In this document: positions 46,486 through 61,769 of the stretch, piece by piece
Numbering within the stretch: position 1 is the first letter of the stretch
How the letters are laid out: each line of letters opens with the position of its first letter
Assembly: GCF_009914755.1 (NCBI RefSeq)
Contig: NC_060936.1
Direction: 5' to 3' (one strand)
DNA length: 64,000 nt
Source of the DNA: the human T2T-CHM13v2.0 reference genome, Homo sapiens
The notes under the pieces: generated by a model
What the model was told of the DNA's origin: nothing
Database searches by the model: none
The model's input: only the letters and a program-made list of their open reading frames with translations
Position numbers and translations under genes: made by a program

Positions 46486-47503
46486 ATGGGGATAAAACAG
46501 AACAGAAAAACTGGAAACTCTAAAACGCAGAGCGCCTCTCCTCCTCCAAAGGAACGCAGTTCCTCACCAGCAACGGAACAAAGCTGGATGGAGAATGACT
46601 TTGACGAGCTGAGAGAAGAAGGCTTCAGACGATCAAATTACTCTGAGCTACGGGAGGACATTCAAACCAAAGGCAAAGAAGTTGAAAACTTTGAAAAAAA
46701 TTTTAGAAGAATGTATAACTAGAATAACCAATACAGAGAAGTGCTTAAAGGAGCTGATGGAGCTGAAAACCAAGGCTCGAGAACTACGTGAAGAATGCAG
46801 AAGCCTCAGGAGCCGATGCGATCAACTGGAAGAAAGGGTATCAGCAATGGAAGATGAAATGAATGAAATGAAGCGAGAAGGGAAGTTTAGAGAAAAAAGA
46901 ATAAAAAGAAATGAGCAAAGCCTCCAAGAAATATGGGACTATGTGAAAAGACCAAATCTACGTCTGATTGGTGTACCTGAAAGTGATGGGGAGAATGGAA
47001 CCAAGTTGGAAAACACTCTGCAGGATATTATCCAGGAGAACTTCCCCAATCTAGCAAGGCAGGCCAACGTTCAGATTCAGGAAATACAGAGAACGCCACA
47101 AAGATACTCCTCGAGAAGAGCAACTCCAAGACACATAATTGTCAGATTCACCAAAGTTGAAATGAAGGAAAAAATGTTAAGGGCAGCCAGAGAGAAAGGT
47201 CGGGTTACCCTCAAAGGGAAGCCCATCAGACTAACAGCGGATCTCTTGGCAGAAACACCACAAGCCAGAAGAGAGTGGGGGCCAATATTCAACATTCTTA
47301 AAGAAAAGAATTTTCAACCCAGAATTTCATATCCAGCCAAACTAAGCTTCATAAGTGAAGGAGAAATAAAATTCTTTACAGACAAGCAAATGCTGAGAGA
47401 TTTTGTCACCACCAGGCCTGCCCTAAAAGAGCTCCTGAAGGAAGCACTAAACATGGAAAGGAACAACCGGTACCAGCCGCTGCAAAATCATGCCAAAATG
47501 TAA
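46486..47503 (+). pseudogene. L1 ORF1p of copy B, +1 frameshift at 46701-46704
   Basis: Same extra T as copy A. Confidence 0.93.
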
Positions 47504-47566
47504 AGACCATCGAGACTAGGAAGAAACTGCATCAACTAACAAGCAAAATAACCAGCTAACATCATA

Positions 47567-51392
<3,826 letters not shown>

Positions 51393-51649
51393 ACAATGAG
51401 ATCACATGGACACAGGAAGGGGAATATCACACTCTGGGGACTGTGGTGGGGTGGGGGGAGGGGGGAGGGATAGCATTGGGAGATATACCTAATGCTAGAT
51501 GACGAGTTAGTGGGTGCAGCGCACCAGCATGGCACATGTATACATATGTAACTAACCTGCACAATGTGCACATGTACCCTAAAACTTAAAGTATAATAAA
51601 AAAAAAAAAAAGAAAAGTGGTTACCTTTAGGGAAATATTTACAGAGAGG

Positions 51650-51895
51650 GCAGTATATTGGTAAATGTTTATCAACCAGCTCTCCAGAAAAGAAAGAAAA
51701 GAAAAGAAAGAAAAGCCCTGAATTTACAGCATTTGTTAGTTTCTATGGCATAAATACTCCGAGCATGGTAGATTTCAAGGTACCAATCTCATGTTACTGA
51801 ACACAAAGTTGGGAAGAACTTTGTGTACAAAACTTTTGTGTATATGTGTACAATCTGCTTAGCAAGTCTGTGTGAGCCAAATACACCCCACCACT
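51650..51895. mobile_element. MER63-like hAT element
   Basis: cagt..ttggtaaatgttta..aaccagctctcc ... caccactg. Confidence 0.6.
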
Positions 51896-51946
51896 GAGAG
51901 GTGGCATGAAGGAGCATTCTGGTGTGCTAGAAATATTCTGTATCTT

Positions 51947-52076
51947 CTTTTTTTTTTTTGGAGATGGGGGTCTCACTTTATTATTCAGGCTGGTCTCAAA
52001 CTCCTGGGGTCAAGAGACCCTACTGTCTCAGCTTCCCAAGTAGCTGAGCTTACAGGCATGAGCCACTGTGCCCAAC
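51947..52076 (-). mobile_element. FLAM / Alu left monomer
   Basis: Poly(T) followed by gagatgggggtctcact...ggcatgagccactgtgccc. Confidence 0.8.
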
Positions 52077-52601
52077 TCTGATCTTAGTCCTTACACAGAT
52101 GTACATATATTAAAAGAGCTATACTTTAAGAATTATCGACTATATTGTATGTATGTTATACTTCTATACAAAGCAAAAATGTTAAATATTTCTGAGAACT
52201 AGAAAGAAAAAAAAGTTACAACTGTTGTGTCTGAGAGGAAGATCCAGATGGGTACCAGAGAAGCAATGGCTGGGTGCTGGGCACTCAGACCTTTTTGTTC
52301 ATACAATAGATATGCAGCAAAAGAGAGACATACTATTAGTAGCTTTGACATAAATAGAAAAGAGATGGTGACTCTTTTACCTGGATCATTGTCAATTATT
52401 TTAACATTAGACTTGATTCAGTCTTATCACCAATGGTTGATACATCATATAAAAGAGTGTCGTTTCTGAAAAGCCCCAGATCCACTGTCTTAACTATCTA
52501 TGGCCCTGTCACCTTAGAGATGATTATTCCACTGGGTGGCTCCAGAAGAACATTTTAAGCACTGTACCACCTGAATACAATGATCAGACATAGAAAAGCA
52601 C

Positions 52602-52839
52602 CAACGTAAACAGTTACTTTTATTTTGAGTAAAAATACACATTCATATCATTTTCCCTTATATCCCTCAAATCTTAAATGTGTTCAATATGTCTAGAAGA
52701 TATCTGTGGTCTAGCTAGCCGAGACATTTTAAAAAGACAGCTGCTCCTGACTTATATAGCACTTACATATTTAAATTTACAAAGCCAAAGCAACATTTTA
52801 AAGGGGTTTGACTGACGATAGGTTGATGCATCCACAGAT
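52602..52839 (-). other. TSPAN8: TSPAN8 3'UTR (~240 nt)
   Basis: Follows the TGA and ends ~17 nt after an AATAAA. The exact cleavage site is inferred. Confidence 0.85.
52619..52624 (-). terminator. TSPAN8: TSPAN8 polyadenylation signal AATAAA
   Basis: Plus strand tttatt; a GU/U-rich sequence (gtgcttttctatgt) follows on the minus strand. Confidence 0.85.
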
Positions 52840-52893
52840 TCATTTGTTCCCGATCTGGCAATACAGGACCATAGAAAACACCAAACCCAGTAT
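52840..52893 (-). CDS. TSPAN8: TSPAN8 last coding exon: ILGLVFSMVLYCQIGNK-stop (end of TM4 and cytoplasmic tail)
   Basis: Acceptor gttattttgttctctag|ATACTGGGTTTG...AACAAA TGA. This is the recognisable TSPAN8 C-terminus. Confidence 0.97.
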   Translation of the reverse strand: MLGLVFSMVLYCQIGNK

Positions 52894-55800
52894 CTAGAGA
52901 ACAAAATAACAGGATTAACATGGAATTTAAGGGAAAACACTGGACACATTATAAATAAACAGAAAGAACATTATATATGAAAAGATTTTGTATATTGACA
53001 GTTCCAATCTTATCTAACTCATCTCTCTTGGGAAATTAGAGGTTCCAATGGGACAAAAGAGCACTGCAAAAGCTCTCTTGAGTTTTTTTTGTGTTTTAAT
53101 CAGCTTTTTTAGCTGGCCAATCAGCCTCTATCTAACTGGCCCCATATAAACTGCACAGTAGCAGCTGCCACCAGAGGACCTACTCCCTTTTCTGGAACAC
53201 ACACATTCTTCTGCAGAGCGTCTCCTCTGGAGCACTGGGGATCTCAGGTCCCTGGGGGCTAAATATACGTACTGCTTCCATAAAAAGGTTATGATCATCT
53301 GGTTTAAATCATCTGCATAAAAATCCAGAAGTCTAGAATTTCTCTTGCTGTAGTTTTAGGCATTTCCAAGAGGAATAAAAAATGAAGTAACTCTTTTTTT
53401 AAAAAAGCTTCTAAACTATGGGGAACAGCTTAATTCAGGAATTTCTTTTGAAGTGAAAAAGCACAGCTGAAAATCTGGGGCATAATTTCCATCTCAAGTA
53501 GCTCTCCCAAGAATGAGGGACCCCAAAATTTGCTCTAATTGGCTCTACAGTTGGTGACTTGCATGCTGTATCTTTGACGTAGAAATGATAGACAGGACCT
53601 GTGTGCATTACCAATAGAAAGTTTCCTCCCCCACCAGCCCCTTTTGAAGGGAGGATGGAGGAGGGCAAAGTGACATTTATGCTGAGTCAACTTAAATGCT
53701 TCTACTGTGTTGAGACTTTCTGCTTACTAACACTTTCCTGGAAATGTAATTCAAATGAGAACTGCTAACCAATCTTTCTTCCTTCTTAAAAAGGTTGACA
53801 CCAATTCTCTGCAAAAGTAATAATTTCCATTCAAAATGTGCTACAATTGAAGACTGAAATTTAGTCTTTTTGTCTTGATCCTGAGCCTTAAGTCTGTGGG
53901 ACAAGTATCAAGAAAGAATTTTTTTAATGGGGAAAAAATAATGGGATAAGACAACTATCATCTTTCACTGCTACATCCTTGAAATAGAAGCCGACAATTT
54001 ATCAGCAGACTAGATAGTTAATATCACACTTTCTTGTATTTCATTGTCCCTGAAAAGAACATTTATGATTGTTCAAAAAAAAGCACATAATTAAAAGAGA
54101 TTTGTCATTTTATAATGTACGCCAAGACTCATGATAAATTTGCTAAGAGGTATGCAGCAGTCTAAAAAAATGTAAAATTATCATTTTTCTTTTAACTGCT
54201 TTATTTCTAGGACCTCCTGTTGGGATAACTTTTATCCTACAAAGTGATGGCTCTCAGTGTGTAGCACTTTTTTTTTTTTAATTAAAGCAAGGAAAGTGCT
54301 GATCATCTTTTGTGCTTGTAAGTTGTTATAGTCAAATGAGGAGAGTATGATAGTCTGGCTGTTTTAAGCTAGAGTAATGAGAATTCCAAAAATGTCTATA
54401 GATAAATTTTTCTTGCAGAATAAGGTATTCTGCACAATCTTTAGCATCCAATGTGAGAAGAATCCCTTAGGTATATAGTCTTAACATAGCTTTGAAAACA
54501 AATATTGGCCCACCTCACTAAAACCTATGCCTAAACATACTAACATAAGGTCTAAATATGGGGCGGTCTTTTTTTATATGATATTTTTCTGTGGAGATAA
54601 TCTGAACATATTTTCTGCAGGAAGACATTTGCTTCTGTTTTCTTAAAAGTATTTTTTAGAGGAGATTTTCTGTTTCTGTATCTTTGTGTTTTTTTGAATT
54701 TGAACTTTGGAAACAAAGAAGGGAGATAGGCCTAAGTCATAGGGCAATAGGAAACTTGTACTAATGACTGTAAGATGAGCTATAAAATGCTTTTTTTTTT
54801 GGATACATAATTTATAGACTGGGTGTCAGAAGACTTTTCCAATCTACTTTTTGAATAAAGGAAGATGGAATATAAAATGATTTGTTTCCCTTAAAAAGAG
54901 GGAGGGCAGGTTATAGACTGAGGAACTGAACAATTTTAAAAAGTTCAAACAATTATTTGAACCAACTATTTACCATATCTGCAGAGAGTCTAGAAATCAC
55001 AATTAATTTGACTTCTCGAATTCAAAAACGGTTCTGTTTTATGATAGTAACGCAAAAACTTCATACCTATAAATTACTGTATAGAATGTTTGTATTAAGC
55101 TATTTTTCTCTGAATATGTCTTTAGAAGAACAAATAAAATATTTAAACATGTAATTAATACATGGAATATAACAATTTCATAAAATACTGAAATACATTA
55201 ATCTTTTTGTAATCTTATTTTCCACTAGATGTATTTAAATTCTTGAAAATGCCTTTGACTATGACACAAAGGATTTCATCAACCTCCCCAATCAAGTATG
55301 TCCTTACTTTTTCTGGTTTTGCTAACTGAGGAGCATCTGTGATTTGAGCTAGTGATAGTCAATTGTCAGAACTTGAGTCTAACATGAAATATAACTCTTA
55401 TATTAAATATCTCATTTAAAGCATGCTCTCTCATTCACTTAAATCATTCATGTAAAATCACTCTTGATTCATTTAAATCATTCATTTCTTACTCATCTTC
55501 ATGGCCATTAGTCCTTATTTCTAAATTAGCATAAACCCAGAATACAAAGCAGAGAAATAAAATACATCTTACAAAATGCAGAATCAAGAGAAATAGACCT
55601 AATCCATAGCACCATTTGACTCTGAACATATATCAGACCTAAAGAAAGACAGCCATAACCTACCAACAAAGAATGCTTCATATTTATACCTATTCATCTG
55701 GACTACAAGAAAGTAATAACCCACAGTTTAATTTGCTGCTAATAGTCCCTAACCTTTCTCTAATAGCTGCCTGGGAAATTCCACCAGCAAACTAAATAAC

Positions 55801-56836
55801 CACTTAGGACACTAAATTGCTTCATTCCCAGTTAAAATTTCTTTCTGGCAGTGATGTGGCACGAGTAAGAGGTAGAAAATTACCAGAAAGCCCAAGGAGT
55901 ACCTTGCACAGCATTCCATGAGTGTGAAGCACAAGGCACTCAGCTGAGCTAACCAGCTCTCACAGGCATTAACCAGGGAGACACTTCACATTCTTGCTAA
56001 TGCCCTGGAATAGGATTGTGAGTGAATTTGATCTACTTGATATTAAAATTACCCAAGATCTGGGATGATTCCAAAATGCTTCTCTGAAGCAGTTTTAATT
56101 CATTTTCTTGGCAAAGATTTTTAGGCCATGTGAAAAGTATCTTTCAGGTTTTTTTTTTTTTTTAAAAAAAAACATGCCAAGAAAGTTCATCAAGACAAAA
56201 ATCCTATGTGGGATATTTTTCCAACATCAATAATTAAAGTGATGAAAGTAATACATAAGCCTCAATTTTCCTTGAAAATTTCTCCAAGTGAGTCAATAGT
56301 ACTTAAGCTGAGGAAATCAGAGACAATTACCTCTACTTTTTAGAACTTCTTGGATTTCTCTAGAATGTAATAAGTAACAAAGAAAGAGCTCCTCACACTC
56401 TTGAGTTCAGTTTTTATTTTCTGTTTCAAAATCAAGATGAGAAATAAGAAATTGTAAAGGTCGTATTTTGCTTTGTTTGGTGCTTTTTCTTCTAACTTTG
56501 GAAAACTGTAACCCCGTGCTAGTTTTCAGTGGGAAAAATATACCTGGCACTAAGAACTATGTGAAAATTAATTCTATCTTTTTCCCGGTAGAGAGGTCAT
56601 TCAGAAGCAAGAGTCTCAACCCTGCTCACTTCATAAGACTGGAATCTCCCCCTCAGACTCAGGCTGATCGAGGGAGATCATGGGCCTTTAGCATCCAGTG
56701 CTTTTCTAAAGCATCTGCGTTTTTTATGGTTGTTGTGGTTTTTTTTTTTCTGTTTGTTTGTTCACCATAAATATTTCTTGAAATTAATGAACAAGCAAGG
56801 GAATAAAAGAGTCAATAATACAAGATTATACTGTAC

Positions 56837-56920
56837 CTCAATAACTGCCAGTCCAAATGATATTCCAATAACTATAATCAAATTTTTTGCCAAGAAGTCT
56901 TTTATGAAAGAAATACAGGT
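56837..56920 (-). CDS. TSPAN8: TSPAN8 penultimate coding exon (84 nt, phase 0/0): [28 protein letters not shown], end of EC2 and start of TM4
   Basis: Minus strand reads t12aacag|ACCTGTATT...GTTATTGAG|gtacag, in frame with the flanking exons. The codon at 56858-56860 is TCA (Ser213 if the protein is 237 aa). Confidence 0.97.
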
Positions 56921-57441
56921 CTGTTAAAAAAAAAAAACATTAAAAGTTACCTCTCAGAAAAATTCGACCTTATATTAATCAAAATTTTTATTAATCTGGT
57001 TGACTTTTTACATTGCTATCAAGAAACACACTTAACGACAAGGAACTGGGTTATTCCTTCCACTCCCTGCTTCACCTTTGCTCCAAAAGGTTGTAACTGT
57101 TGTGGTTTGTTTATACATTGAAAAGCAATTGAGGAACAAAATTTTGCTTGACTGCCTAATTGTTGAATCTAGGGATTAATAATTACAAATAATAATTTTT
57201 CACCAACATATCCTCAAATGACAGATTTTATAATTTATACTATAAATTTTATAGCTGATAAAGCTATATATTTTACAACATAAAAGTATAAATCATAATT
57301 TTATCTTAACTTTATTCATTTTAGAGCTGATACCACCTTGACTAAGGATTTTTTAGGTTTGTAATCTAAAACAGAAAGGTTTCTGGTTGAGATTTTAGAT
57401 AATAATATTGTAAATTTTCATTTTTAAAACAAGGTATTTTC

Positions 57442-57757
57442 TTTTTTTCTTTCTTTCTTTTTTTTTTTTTTTCTTTGAGACAGGGTCTCCCTCCAGCGCT
57501 GAAGCTGGAGTGCAGAGGCGCAATCTTGGCTCACTGCAGCCTTGACTTCCTGGGCTCAAGTGATCCTCCCACCTAATCCTCCCAAGTAGCTGAGACTGCA
57601 GGCATGTGCCACCATGCCTGGCTAATTTTTGTTGTGTTTTGTAAAGACATGGTTTTGCCATATTGCCCAGGCTTGTCTTGAACTCCCGGGCTCAAGCAAT
57701 CCACCGGCCTCAGCCTCTGAAAATGCTGGGATAACAGGCTTGAAGTCACTGCTGCCG
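57442..57757 (-). mobile_element. AluJ in a TSPAN8 intron
   Basis: gagacagggtct...tcctgggctcaagtgatcctccc AluJ diagnostics. Confidence 0.9.
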
Positions 57758-60198
57758 GAAAAAACAACATATTTTCAAAATCCCTTAATATTTATCAGGG
57801 TTATTTTTATCTTAAAAAGAAAAAACTTACTATGTCTACCACTATGCCATTACTTTAGATAAAAAAGAGAAATTAGGAAGTTGCCTCTCTGCTACATTTT
57901 TGAAATGTATACAATCCAGGATGCATTTTCATGCTTAAAACATTTTGGACTAGACCTAATAACTTCAAGAATTGTAAATTATGTGAAGAATTTTTTAAAT
58001 GGAAAAAGACTACACAGTATAATTGTGTTATTTTTGTACTGCCCTGAAATATATTATCCCTTTGATGGTCATATATGTGCAAAGGGCTAACAAAGTATTG
58101 CTATTTGTTAAATAAAATAAAATTTCTCCAGAAGGCTAAGTCATCTTTCCCCTTCATTCCTGAATGTATTGAGTTTCTTCATTCACATTTAACCCAACGT
58201 GGTAAACATTCAAGGAAATTATTATGTCATTTAGGTTAACAATGAGATTAATGATTATATCTACTGAGTCACATTCATTATGTTTCAGGGGTTTTTCTCT
58301 TCCTCTTTGCCTAAGATAATGAGGGTATCTTGGCAAAAGGAAGAGGAAAAAAAAGAAATGTGAATTATGGCCATTCCATATTTTTTATTTTACCAGACTT
58401 CTTGCAAATGACACATGGCAGATGGAAGTATTTTATGAATTTACAACCTTCCTTTTGGGAAACTGGTGTAGCTATCAGCCTATATTCAGCTGAATTATGT
58501 GTGAACTTACAGAAACTATCTAATAGTTTTTTTAGAATAATTCCAGGGGCTTTTCAGAATCTGTCTTGAGGAAAAACATCTTTCAGTTGAATTTGAACAG
58601 GAGACAAATAGCAATCTGCAATTGAATTTACTTATTTCCTCATTATCCTAAGTGGAAACTATTTTTATTTACTCTATATTTATTTCCCCTTTTCCTTGTA
58701 AATACTGTGTCACTAACATTAGGTAGGGAGGAGGGGAGCAGGGAGAATATAAAAAGTAAGAATCAAACTTTTTTTAGTAATATTACTTTGACAATGAAAA
58801 ACGCAATATAACCTGTAGTCTGGTAGATTATTTATTGAGTTACTTTAAATCTTAGCGACATACTTTAAGTATTAATGACAGCAATTCCCCTTCAGGGCAG
58901 AGCCTCTTTAATTTTGATAAGATCAGTGAAAAAGATCAGTAGTCAAGGAAAGGGTAGTTTCCCCTGAGATACTTTCTATTTCCTTTTATAAATTATTTTC
59001 AGTAGCAGTTACTAAACCAAAACATTTCTAGATTGAAAAGAATCTTCGGGTATTATAGATATTAATATTAATTCATTGTGATTTATAGTGGTTTTTAATG
59101 TATCTGCCTCTCAACTAGATTGTAATCTCCTAGAGGATCCAGAAGCATGTCTGATCCTAGCAAGGGTCTGTCTGACATGTAGTAGGCACTGAAGAATAAC
59201 AGTAAATAAATGAAATACTAATATCAATTGTAATTTTTGTACACATTTCTTCTAAGCAGAACGAACAACTTATGAAGGGACAGATGTCATGTTCTTCATG
59301 AAGCCATATCCTGAACCCCACAGACTAAGTGAGATGGGGTCCCATAACACCTTGCACCCATCTCTATCCAAGAGATACTAGTAGACCATTGGATTGAAGT
59401 TGCCTAACTATCTTTCTCTCTTCCTTACTTGAGCATCAGCTCCATGAGCGCAGACATTGTGCTCTGTTCAGGAATGAATTCCCGGTGACTGGTAGAAAGC
59501 TTGGCGCATAGGAGGTGGTCAGTAAGTATTTGATGAACTGATCAATAAGAAGAACTAGGACATCCATGTATTGACATTCACAAGTCACATAAATATGACA
59601 TCTACAACACATAAAAGATTAACCTATCTTTTTCAATTGACATTAAATGTTCAAGGTAACTTCTCAATTGCAGCAATAACTAGGTAAATTGGTAGCTGTC
59701 AGTAACATAGAGAACCTAAACCCTTAAATGTATTTGGGAAGGACTTGGAGTCCTTTCTTTAAATTTTGGGAAAGAAGAAACCTCATTTCTTGAGAAAAGG
59801 AAATTTGATTAGAAAACAAAAAACATTGAAAATTGTAGTGAAAATATTGTTTTCTAGAACTTATGTTAAAGTAGGAAAAAATAAAAGAGAATAATGATTA
59901 AGATGACCAAAGAGAGGATAAAATAAACTTTTATGTTAGTTTGTACTTTGCCTCCCATTGCAGTAGAATGTTTCTTTGACCTATTAATATTGGGCTTAAA
60001 TGATGCCAGACTCATAGAAGAAATGAAGTCTATCTGCTTTTATCTTTAAATAAGGATTTTTTTAATTTGGGAAATTTCTGAGATTTTTATATCATGATTC
60101 CCATGGTACTCCATGCATTTTAATTTTTTGTAGGGACTTTAATTGTGAAAAGAAAGTAACAGAATTGCTTATTGTACCAAATGTGATTTAGTTCTCAC

Positions 60199-60330
60199 CT
60201 CTTTGTAAACTTGTTTTCCATTATAGCTTTGGCATGGTCTCTGCTTATCTAGACAGGCACATAATTCAGGATAGTGTTGAAAATTATTTCCCCAATCAGC
60301 AGCTCCATTGACCAAACCGCAGCATTTAAA
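60199..60330 (-). CDS. TSPAN8: TSPAN8 third-last coding exon (132 nt, phase 0/0): [44 protein letters not shown], large extracellular loop with the CCG motif
   Basis: Minus strand reads ttctaccttttatcaaacag|TTTAAATGCTGCGGT...TACAAAGAG|gtgaga. It has the tetraspanin CCG signature, and the peptide matches TSPAN8 as I recall it. Confidence 0.97.
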
Positions 60331-60587
60331 CTGTTTGATAAAAGGTAGAATGAGAAGCAGTCAGTAAGAAGATTAAAAACATTGGCAATACATTAAATTA
60401 TAGTCTTCTGAAATCATTATTAAAGGTTATTATGCTAAAATACCATGTAAGTCACCTTTCACCTTTCTCTGTGTAGAAGTAAAAATTAAGGATTTTTGCA
60501 TTTTGATCTTTACATTAATGATGGAAAAATGGAGTTGCAGACTCAAAAATCTGAAGAAGTTGGGAAGATGAAAAACTCACCTACTAG

Positions 60588-60890
<303 letters not shown>

Positions 60891-61769
60891 TCACCTACTA
60901 GTTTTTAATGACAAAAGAGAGTCAGATCTCTGTAATTTAGATATTGTCAAAAAAGTTTCCAAAGAATTCACAAGAGAGTCAAAGAATTGTTGCTCAAAAG
61001 AGACATGAAGTTTTAAAAGTGAAATTTCCACTCCATGATCTCTGATCACTTTTGAAAGACAGGAGGAAAAAAATGAGAGATATTGCAAAGACCCAAATAG
61101 ATGCTCAAGGAGCCTCCCATAAGATTGAATTTTATGAACATCTTTAAAATATGGGAGGGAACACAAATGAAGAATGAAGCTCTTAGAATGTCAGGAAAGT
61201 TACAGTCCCAGAATAAACTGATCCATGGAAAACACTAAAAAAGAGGGTTTGCAGCCACATTTGAGGAAGAAAAACAAGGAAATGATAACCCCAAGAATCA
61301 GGGCATGTGGCACATGATATTATTAGATGGGAGAAAGAAAGATAATTATCCCTCATGTTGCTTCCATCTGCACAATTAAGGGGAAAACACTTCGTGCAGA
61401 AATGGGAGGAAAAAAAAATGGCTGAGAAAAACCGAACCAAGACTGAGTGGTTTTCCCAGCTCTGATACATTGCAATGCCAAGATATTGAAAGAATTTTCA
61501 CTTACTGGGCAGGTAATCATTAAATTTATTTATTACATTAATAATAAATGTGTAATAAAATCATTTATTACACATTAGTTTAACCTCTGTGCCAAAGTTT
61601 GTTCATCTGTAAAATACAGATAGTAACAGTTGCTAATAATAGCATTTAATTTGCAGATTTATCATAAAGATAAACATAAGAAAATCCATGTAAAGATAAG
61701 AACTCCCAGGTTGAAGAAAGCACTCAATAATGCATTTGCTTTTATTGTTTTTGTTTTCATTGTTTGCTG

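Noticed and set aside
52752-52949. 65-aa minus-strand ORF from the track
   Set aside because: It is the wrong frame across the TSPAN8 last exon. The real frame is ILGLVFSMVLYCQIGNK, starting after the acceptor at 52893.
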